Source of the DNA: a virus
Taxonomy: Duplodnaviria > Caudoviricetes
Length of the DNA: 64,000 nt
IMG/VR virus record: IMGVR_UViG_3300035698_029580
Strand: one strand, 5' to 3'
The translations under genes and the position numbers were made by a program. The notes under the pieces were generated by a model. It was not told where the DNA came from, searched no databases, and saw only the letters and a list, made by a program, of their open reading frames with translations. Position 1 is the stretch's first letter. Each line of letters opens with the position of its first letter. Positions 57,215 through 64,000 of this stretch are shown here, piece by piece.

Positions 57215-57855
57215 TTTCTTATCCATAATGTTAAATCGTCTTTAACCTCTTCCCAGTGAGGTATATAAATTTTTTCTATTTCTTTCCATTCTGAATCAAG
57301 AAGATTATAAAATTGGTCATTAGCTGTACATCCTTTCCATTCTCCCACCAAAATTAGTTTATTTCCTTCAAAAAATGCTAATGCTTCATATGCCATGGGA
57401 CTACCGCAGGGAGGCCAAACCATCATTAATGTATCAAAATGACCATATTTTTCAATAGCATCTAAATGATCCATTTTCTCTATGTCTGTAAATCTTTTAC
57501 TCTCAGGCTTATAATATTTTTCATTTTGTCTTTCTATAACACCTAAATCTGTAGCTGTTACAGATATTCCTTCGTCTCTCATTAATTTAGCCCAGAGCCC
57601 ATACCCTGACCCTATTTCTAATACATTGCCTTGTTCTACGAAAATTTTTATTTTTTCGATTGCTTCTTTATCTGGGACTCCCCATCCATATTCTTTTATA
57701 TATCTGTTTCTTCTCAACCATGGACGAGTAAGATCAGAGTTCCAAAAGTTAAGTTCTTCTTCTGAAGGTTCAGATGCATATTCTTTACCTTCAGGCCCAA
57801 ATTTATTTAAATCTTCATAAATATCAGCTATTTTTTTATTTTTATACCAATTCAT
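57211..57855 (-). CDS. MNWY-tagged class I SAM methyltransferase
   Basis: VLEIGSGYGLWA, ATD, WPP, VGE..GCTA. Confidence 0.85.
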   Translation of the reverse strand: MNWYKNKKIADIYEDLNKFGPEGKEYASEPSEEELNFWNSDLTRPWLRRNRYIKEYGWGVPDKEAIEKIKIFVEQGNVLEIGSGYGLWAKLMRDEGISVTATDLGVIERQNEKYYKPESKRFTDIEKMDHLDAIEKYGHFDTLMMVWPPCGSPMAYEALAFFEGNKLILVGEWKGCTANDQFYNLLDSEWKEIEKIYIPHWEEVKDDLTLWIRK

Positions 57856-58876
57856 ATTCTACCTCTCCTATTAAATCTACCGTCTTTCCACTCCATGTTC
57901 TCCATTCCCCTAATGCCGATACTTTATATCCTAGTGATCCAGGTATAGATCTGAATTCTAATATAGCAATTTGGTCTTCTGGAACACTATATAAACCTTG
58001 TTCATCACTAAATGCAAATAATCCATATTCTGGACCACCTGCCTGTTCTCTCATCCACGCCCATGTATGATATGCTTTAAATTTTCTATAAACTTTTTCT
58101 TTGTTAGTTAATATTTTTTTAAATTTTCTGTATGTTGGAGGAATTCTATTCCCTGTTTCTGATTCTTCTATAGGTCCCCAATTTTCTTTTTTATTTTTAT
58201 TAAATTCTTTTACTGTTGATGGGAATAATGTTGCACTCGTGATTTCATAGTCAGAATTAACATAATTTATTATCTCTTCTACGGTTCCTGTCCCTACTGC
58301 GTGTTTTTGAGCTTGTATCCATTCATTTACCCAAGGTTTTTTTGCTCCGATTCCATTTTGAGCTTGCATTATCATATCTTCTATAGATAATTCTCCAAAC
58401 ATGACCTTTCTGCCCTCAATCAAAGTTCTATATATATCTTGAGATACTTTTAAATTTTCTGTGAAACTAATTGTATCACTACTTCCTCCTCCTAGCCCTC
58501 TTCCTCCTTTTTGAGATAGATCATCTCTAGTTCTTAATTGATCTTTTATCACTTCATTTTTAGATGTTGTTACATGATATAAAGTTTCAGGGAGAGGAAG
58601 GAGTTGTCCATGACCAGGAATTTTATATGAATTCTCTTGATATCTATCTTGAGTTAAATCATAACCTAAATTAAATGCTTCTGATGGACTTATTTTTCCA
58701 GTTGCTAAAGATTTAGATATCTCACTATCCCACTCTTTTTGTTTTGTTCTAATATTATCAAATATTATAGTTTTCTGTTCATCGGATAAATTATCATAAT
58801 CATGAGGATAGTTTCTACCAGAATAATCATTTCTAGAAATTTGTAATATATTTTGTGCTAATTTATACCAATTCAT
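57842..58876 (-). CDS. MNWY-tagged protein with ADP-ribosyltransferase-like motifs
   Basis: LYHVT...ISFTE...GEWR. Confidence 0.55.
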   Translation of the reverse strand: MNWYKLAQNILQISRNDYSGRNYPHDYDNLSDEQKTIIFDNIRTKQKEWDSEISKSLATGKISPSEAFNLGYDLTQDRYQENSYKIPGHGQLLPLPETLYHVTTSKNEVIKDQLRTRDDLSQKGGRGLGGGSSDTISFTENLKVSQDIYRTLIEGRKVMFGELSIEDMIMQAQNGIGAKKPWVNEWIQAQKHAVGTGTVEEIINYVNSDYEITSATLFPSTVKEFNKNKKENWGPIEESETGNRIPPTYRKFKKILTNKEKVYRKFKAYHTWAWMREQAGGPEYGLFAFSDEQGLYSVPEDQIAILEFRSIPGSLGYKVSALGEWRTWSGKTVDLIGEVEYELV

Positions 58877-58879
58877 TAT

Positions 58880-59608
58880 TTATCCATAATTAATTTTTTT
58901 AACAGGAAGATTGTTTGTCTCAATATAATTAATCATCTTTTTTAACCTGTCTATATAACTGCTTAATTGACTATAACTTCTTCCATAGTCATACATTGCA
59001 GATTGTCCAGGAGTTTTTTCTTCAGTTGGTTCTTGGGTATAGGTATTTATTGTGAAATCATTGTCTTCTATATTTTTTATAGCAGATTTTAATTCATCTA
59101 TATTTAATGTCCCTCCATAGGGATCTAAATTACTCATTCCTTCATTTTGCAACAATTGTATCAATGCTACACTATTTGCATTTGCTATATTTATTTCTGG
59201 CAATTTTTCTAGATCTGTTGTGTTGTTTTCTTCAACTAATACTCTAGCAACATTTATGTCTCTTGCACCGGACTTATTTATTTCTAAAAATTTTAACTTA
59301 ATTAAACCCATTCTATTATTATTATATTGGTCTACTATATTTTTTATAATTCCACTTTTTATATTAGGATTTTCTAGATAAATATTAATTTGCCCAGTAG
59401 GAGCAAAAGTATCTCCAGAACTCATATCAGGATCAACATCTTGCCACCCAATACCTAATTTTTGTCCAATATTCATCTCATAAATTATAAACTTGGATAA
59501 ATCACTACAAACTTCTAATTTATTCATAGGTTGAGTTATTTTATCAGAGCCTTCAATCCAGAAGGTGACACTAGACTGTTTATAAAATGCTAATTTATAC
59601 CAATTCAT
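58880..59608 (-). CDS. MNWY-tagged hypothetical protein (start corrected)
   Basis: starts MNWYKLAF. Confidence 0.8.
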   Translation of the reverse strand: MNWYKLAFYKQSSVTFWIEGSDKITQPMNKLEVCSDLSKFIIYEMNIGQKLGIGWQDVDPDMSSGDTFAPTGQINIYLENPNIKSGIIKNIVDQYNNNRMGLIKLKFLEINKSGARDINVARVLVEENNTTDLEKLPEINIANANSVALIQLLQNEGMSNLDPYGGTLNIDELKSAIKNIEDNDFTINTYTQEPTEEKTPGQSAMYDYGRSYSQLSSYIDRLKKMINYIETNNLPVKKINYG

Positions 59609-60111
59609 TCGGGCCATACTCCAAATCTTCTTAAGAATTTTTCCATTTTATTACCTATTAAAATTTGTACAGGGCCAATATTTCCTTCAGAATAATAATC
59701 TCCTGGTTCTACACTTGGGTATCTATTGTCTGTTTCTCCCTGCCAATCACCCAAAGGACCCTCTTCTTCTTCTGGTCTATGTTCAAATTGATCTTCCCCT
59801 TCTTTTATAATAACTAACATACCATAACTTTTTAATTCATTAGGAGTTACGTCTCCCCATTTTTTATTTAACATTTTCATTACTGCGTATTGCATAGCAT
59901 TAACTGCTCTTTGTAATCCTTGTTTGTCTGTAGCATAAGTCACATCAACAGGATCAAACTCTATTCCTGCAGATTCATATTCTCCGGCATAAGAATCTGA
60001 AACAAAATCACCTGTATCAGGGATGAGTCCTATATCTTTTATGGAATCGTAGTTATTAATAGAGGTTCCGTGATAAAGAGTTCTGGATTTTGCTTTTTTA
60101 TACCAATTCAT
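59605..60111 (-). CDS. MNWY-tagged protein with ADP-ribosyltransferase/Tpt1-like motifs
   Basis: LYHGT....SI...GL.P...YAT. Confidence 0.6.
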   Translation of the reverse strand: MNWYKKAKSRTLYHGTSINNYDSIKDIGLIPDTGDFVSDSYAGEYESAGIEFDPVDVTYATDKQGLQRAVNAMQYAVMKMLNKKWGDVTPNELKSYGMLVIIKEGEDQFEHRPEEEEGPLGDWQGETDNRYPSVEPGDYYSEGNIGPVQILIGNKMEKFLRRFGVWPE

Positions 60112-60121
60112 TTATTCTTTT

Positions 60122-60496
60122 TCAATAAGTATATATTTGAGTTATGTTAGGGAATTTACTGTAGAGTTTATTTACTAAACGAGAAGGAACACCGCGGAAT
60201 GCATTTAATCCTTTTAAGGGTACAATTATACTTAATTTTCCAGTACTAGTTTCATATCTACCTTGGTATGTTCTACTAAAAGAAAAATTTTCATCATTAA
60301 AAACATAACCAAAAGCATCATCATGAGTGGGTTCTTCTTCTGTTTCTGGACGAACTGCTAGAATTCCATTGTAATATATCCAAAGATAATTATTTAGTGT
60401 GTCTTCGTCCTCAGTCAGTTTAGCATGACCAATATTAAGATAAGATGGTTTATCTAGTGTTTGTTGAGATAATATTGTTCTTTTATACCAATTCAT
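60122..60496 (-). CDS. MNWY-tagged protein (Y..IGH...GRY family)
   Basis: starts MNWYKRTILSQ; paralog of 60498. Confidence 0.8.
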   Translation of the reverse strand: MNWYKRTILSQQTLDKPSYLNIGHAKLTEDEDTLNNYLWIYYNGILAVRPETEEEPTHDDAFGYVFNDENFSFSRTYQGRYETSTGKLSIIVPLKGLNAFRGVPSRLVNKLYSKFPNITQIYTY

Positions 60497-60497
60497 T

Positions 60498-60881
60498 TTA
60501 ATTATAATAAAATATTTGTTTTATGTCGGGAAATTTTTTATAAAGTTTACTAATTAAAGCATTAGGTGGTTCTCTATGTGCATTTACTCCGGTAACTGGT
60601 TTGACGACACTCAAATAACCTGTTACTGGATCAAATCTACCATTATATATATAATCACTATCTATGTTTGGGAATGCTTCTCTATGATGTTCTTTTCCTT
60701 TTTGTTCTTTAATAACATCTATTCTTCCATTTAAATATACCCACATATATCCCACATCTTTTCTGTCATAAGGATTTTGAATATTATGTACATTTCTTTT
60801 GTAACTTCTATGTCCTATCTCGAAATACATAGGTTGTTCTTCTAATTCTTGAGAATATATTATTCTTTTATACCAGTTCAT
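60498..60881 (-). CDS. MNWY-tagged protein (Y..IGH...GRF family)
   Basis: starts MNWYKRIIYSQ. Confidence 0.8.
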   Translation of the reverse strand: MNWYKRIIYSQELEEQPMYFEIGHRSYKRNVHNIQNPYDRKDVGYMWVYLNGRIDVIKEQKGKEHHREAFPNIDSDYIYNGRFDPVTGYLSVVKPVTGVNAHREPPNALISKLYKKFPDIKQIFYYN

Positions 60882-60951
60882 AATGTTTATTAGTAATTTT
60901 TTGTTAAATATCCTTCAAAATAGTCGATAAAACAATAGATAAGGAGATATT

Positions 60952-61314
60952 ATGATTGATTTTTTTATATGTTTAATAATAAGCGTTCTTGTTTCTTATG
61001 GTTCGGCAATAGCTTTAGTGGAAAAAGGCAATGAATATCCTATTCGTAAATATAAACTTTTGTTAAAATTATTTATACATGATCATATTAGTTGGAAATT
61101 CTGTCAAGTTTTAGATTGCAGTACCTGTAGTAGTTTTTGGAATTCTTTTTTTATTGACTGTATTTTATGTGTTTTTGTATTTTTGATATTTGGAAATTTT
61201 TATTTTTTCTGGCCCTTTAGTGGTTTTATTACTTTAGGTTTTACATGGTTTATTATCGAATTTTTAAATGCTATAGATAAAAAACAAGATATCAATATTT
61301 TTACAGAAAAATAA
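60952..61314 (+). CDS. DUF1360-like membrane protein
   Basis: TM segments with CSTCSSFW. Confidence 0.7.
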   Translation: MIDFFICLIISVLVSYGSAIALVEKGNEYPIRKYKLLLKLFIHDHISWKFCQVLDCSTCSSFWNSFFIDCILCVFVFLIFGNFYFFWPFSGFITLGFTWFIIEFLNAIDKKQDINIFTEK

Positions 61315-61379
61315 ATATTTTTAAAAAATAAATGATTTCTTGTTCAATATTTGAAATAAAGAATAGGAGATTGTTTATT

Positions 61380-62288
61380 ATGGCTATTAAATATCTGTTT
61401 TTTGTTTTTTTCTTATTGTTTATTGCTGGCTGCAAACCTGCCATTATACCTCATTTTTCACAAAGTGATTTTAACTTAGCAGAAGATATAACTACTGTCT
61501 CCACAAGTATTTCTGATACAACAGGTGGAATAAGAGACACTAATAATCAAATTAGAGAAAATGCTGTTTCAATTAGAAATTCTGCAGAAACAGTTTCAAC
61601 TGGACTTTTATCAGGAAGTAATCTTAACTCAGAAGTAGAAATAATAAAAAGTAAATCTGTAGATATTCTCTCTCATACGGATAATATTGCCAAATTAACA
61701 GGACAATTAGAATTAGCTCAGGGAAACCTACAGATATCTGTTGCTAAAGTTGATCAAATTAAAGAAAATAATAAAATATTACAAAAAGAAAAAGATGAAG
61801 TTATAAATGAAAATGAAAAATTAAAACAAGAAATACAAGCCACTCAGCAAAGAATGTTTAAGGTTACTACTTTTCTATTCCCTATTTGTGCTATAGGTAT
61901 AGGTTTGAGTGCTGCTCTTATATTTTTTAAACAAATTAAATTTGGTATAGCAGGAATTGTAGCATGTGGGACTACTATTGTGGTAGCCATTACCATTAGT
62001 AAAATGGCAGCTTATTTGGCTATAGCAGGTGCCATTATTTTATTATTAATTATGGGATTTATTGTATGGCATTTATTTGTCAACCGTAAGACAATCTTTG
62101 AATTAGTAGAGACTGTAGAGGTAGCAAAAGATAATATGTCTGAAGATGCTAAAACAAAAGTTTTTGGAGACAATAAGAACCCAGGGTTAGCAGATAAATT
62201 ACAGAGTCCAAATACAAAAACAGTAGTTAAAACAGAGAAAAAGAACATAGGAAATCTCTGGTCATATGCAAAAGGTAAAACACCTTAA
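61380..62288 (+). CDS. predicted lipoprotein with coiled coil and three C-terminal TM helices
   Basis: lipobox FIAGC, long heptad region, TM helices. Confidence 0.75.
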   Translation: MAIKYLFFVFFLLFIAGCKPAIIPHFSQSDFNLAEDITTVSTSISDTTGGIRDTNNQIRENAVSIRNSAETVSTGLLSGSNLNSEVEIIKSKSVDILSHTDNIAKLTGQLELAQGNLQISVAKVDQIKENNKILQKEKDEVINENEKLKQEIQATQQRMFKVTTFLFPICAIGIGLSAALIFFKQIKFGIAGIVACGTTIVVAITISKMAAYLAIAGAIILLLIMGFIVWHLFVNRKTIFELVETVEVAKDNMSEDAKTKVFGDNKNPGLADKLQSPNTKTVVKTEKKNIGNLWSYAKGKTP

Positions 62289-63059
62289 TTAGTCTCTTTT
62301 GTATGATGGAGGTAATGCATTTTTATGAGCAGATTTAGCTATTAATTCTTTTACCTTTTCTGTTGCTTCTTTAGAAACTTCATCTCGTAAACCCTTGAGA
62401 TAACGTAAGGTATTGTCTAAATCTTCATATGACAAACCTAATTCTTTTTCATCTGTTTGTCCTTTCCAAAGACCTGCACTGGGAACTTTTTCTATTATTT
62501 TAGAAGGTATATCAAGATATTTTGCCAATTGATAAATTTCTGTTTTGTAGTATTTTCCGATTGGTTCGATGTCAACTCCTCCATCACCAAATTTACTAAA
62601 ATAGCCGCATAAAATTTCTGATAGATTTCCTGTTCCTGCTACAAGAAATTTATATATTTCAGATTGGGCATACAAACATGTCATTCTTAATCTTGCTTTA
62701 ATATTTCCTATCTCTAATTTGGTCATTTTTATAGCTTTATTATATCCTTTTTCTTTGGTTGTTTTTATAAAATGACATTTTTTAAATTCATCTAATACAT
62801 TATTGAGTTGAATAATTGTATAATGTATATCTAACTTAGAAGCCACTAGTATAGCATCTTCTTTATCATTTAGATTAGAAAAACAAGGCATAATTAATGC
62901 CAATACTTTATCTTTTCCTACGGCTTCTTTAGCTAATGCTGCTACTACTGAACTATCAATACCTCCGCTTAAGCCAAGAACATAGCCTAAAGTTCCGGCA
63001 TTTTTACAATAATCTCTCATCCAAGAACTTATATTTTTTATTTCTTTTTGGTAGTCCAT
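62289..63059 (-). CDS. nadE: NH3-dependent NAD+ synthetase
   Basis: GLSGGIDS, NIKARLRM, GYFSKFGDG, PSAGLWKGQTDE. Confidence 0.95.
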   Translation of the reverse strand: MDYQKEIKNISSWMRDYCKNAGTLGYVLGLSGGIDSSVVAALAKEAVGKDKVLALIMPCFSNLNDKEDAILVASKLDIHYTIIQLNNVLDEFKKCHFIKTTKEKGYNKAIKMTKLEIGNIKARLRMTCLYAQSEIYKFLVAGTGNLSEILCGYFSKFGDGGVDIEPIGKYYKTEIYQLAKYLDIPSKIIEKVPSAGLWKGQTDEKELGLSYEDLDNTLRYLKGLRDEVSKEATEKVKELIAKSAHKNALPPSYKRD

Positions 63060-63062
63060 TCT

Positions 63063-63731
63063 TTACTTCCTTATACACTTATAAATATCAGTTTTTTCTT
63101 TTCTAATTATTTCAATATCAAAATAATCAGACAGTAAATCTTTGTATTCTTGTTCATCTATCCACCTGAATTCTGTAGCATGAGGTTTATATCCTTCTCT
63201 TATTTGAACATGATGAACCATATCATTAATAAGATAACTAATTTCGACAAATTTATTATTATCTATATCATATTTTTTTATTTTTGGCTTTTCAGACGGT
63301 TTTGAGTTAAAGGTATTAAAAACAAAAATGCCTTCACTTTTAATTTTGTCAGATAACATAGAAACTATTTCGTTATTAAGCCAATAATTAATTGCTTGTC
63401 TACAGAAAGCAATATCAAATAGTTCCCGTAGTTGTTTTTTTTTCATCATACAAAAACTACCATAAACAGAATCAATAGACACTCGTATATCTCGTATTTT
63501 TTTTTGATTATAAAATTTAGATGGTATCATTCTTATTTCTTGGTTAATCATAAAACAATAAGAAGCACCCCGATTTAAAGCTTCTTGTGTGGCTGCTCCG
63601 TTGCCACAACAAATATCTAAAAATGATTTTCCTTTATAATCTCCTGCTAAATCCATCATTTTAAATAAATTGTCTGGATTAATATATTTTTGATATATTT
63701 TTTCATATTCTTCATAAGATGGATATCTCAT
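63063..63731 (-). CDS. class I SAM-dependent methyltransferase
   Basis: FLDICCGNG, FDIAFCRQAINYW. Confidence 0.85.
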   Translation of the reverse strand: MRYPSYEEYEKIYQKYINPDNLFKMMDLAGDYKGKSFLDICCGNGAATQEALNRGASYCFMINQEIRMIPSKFYNQKKIRDIRVSIDSVYGSFCMMKKKQLRELFDIAFCRQAINYWLNNEIVSMLSDKIKSEGIFVFNTFNSKPSEKPKIKKYDIDNNKFVEISYLINDMVHHVQIREGYKPHATEFRWIDEQEYKDLLSDYFDIEIIRKEKTDIYKCIRK

Positions 63732-64000
63732 ATTAATAATTCTCCCTTTTCGTTATAGCTTAAAACACACCCATGTCCTTCTATATTAAAAGATGGGTTT
63801 TTCATATCATATCTATCACTGTCTTTGTCTGTTCCGGGAGTAGCGTATTTTAGTGTCGTTAAATCATTTCTTTGATGATGAAAATGTAGTATTTTTTTAA
63901 CGTTGTTAAATTGTCTAAAAATATAATGAAATAAAGGAGCGTTTAAAGAGGCTTTTTTAGTTGTCATACAAAAAACTTCTTTTTTATCATGTTTTACAGT
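63728..64000 (-). CDS. C-terminal part of a class II aldolase-like protein, truncated by the window end
   Basis: frame open to the window edge; S..APL, ILHFH, PGT, GHG. Confidence 0.5.
   Translation of the reverse strand, partial: TVKHDKKEVFCMTTKKASLNAPLFHYIFRQFNNVKKILHFHHQRNDLTTLKYATPGTDKDSDRYDMKNPSFNIEGHGCVLSYNEKGELLI

Noticed and set aside
1142-62248. Numerous antisense or overlapping ORFs in the track (e.g. 1142-1519, 6481-6726, 34501-34890, 45604-45873, 62012-62248)
   Set aside because: They are shadows of well-supported genes on the other strand or frame, with no RBS and no motifs.
1-64000. Alternative genetic code (stop-codon reassignment)
   Set aside because: Long conserved genes (ligA, neuB, nadE) are intact in code 11, and TAA, TAG and TGA all end genes.

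Overview
This AT-rich, gene-dense window most likely comes from a large (jumbo-type) tailed bacteriophage using the standard genetic code. No core capsid, terminase or polymerase genes lie in the window, so the phage call is an inference. A PEP-CTERM protein points to a Gram-negative, exosortase-bearing host, possibly a planctomycete. Layout: (1) 1-340, tRNA-like RNAs whose anticodon loop is replaced by multi-hairpin inserts. (2) 340-7000, 17 cassettes each headed by the repeat TTTTCCAGCATTA plus a -10-like box and usually an RBS; this looks like an early/host-takeover module. (3) 7.4-17.7 kb, SpeD-like gene and virion fibre or carbohydrate-binding proteins. (4) 17.8-20.3 kb and 39.9-45.1 kb, nonulosonic-acid synthesis genes, glycosyltransferases (including GT29-like) and methyltransferases. 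(5) Two clusters of unrelated proteins sharing an N-terminal MNWY(K) tag. (6) Non-autonomous IS200/IS605 elements, one retaining a TnpB omegaRNA-like right end. (7) NAD-dependent ligase, PspA and NadE. (8) A 10.7-kb operon: nicotinamidase, vWA, tRNA-like RNA, PP2C, kinase, radical SAM/SPASM enzyme, nine genes sharing the leader MK(I/F)R(N/Q)GFVSNSS(S/T), then a second vWA. This operon is the best candidate for an undescribed system.
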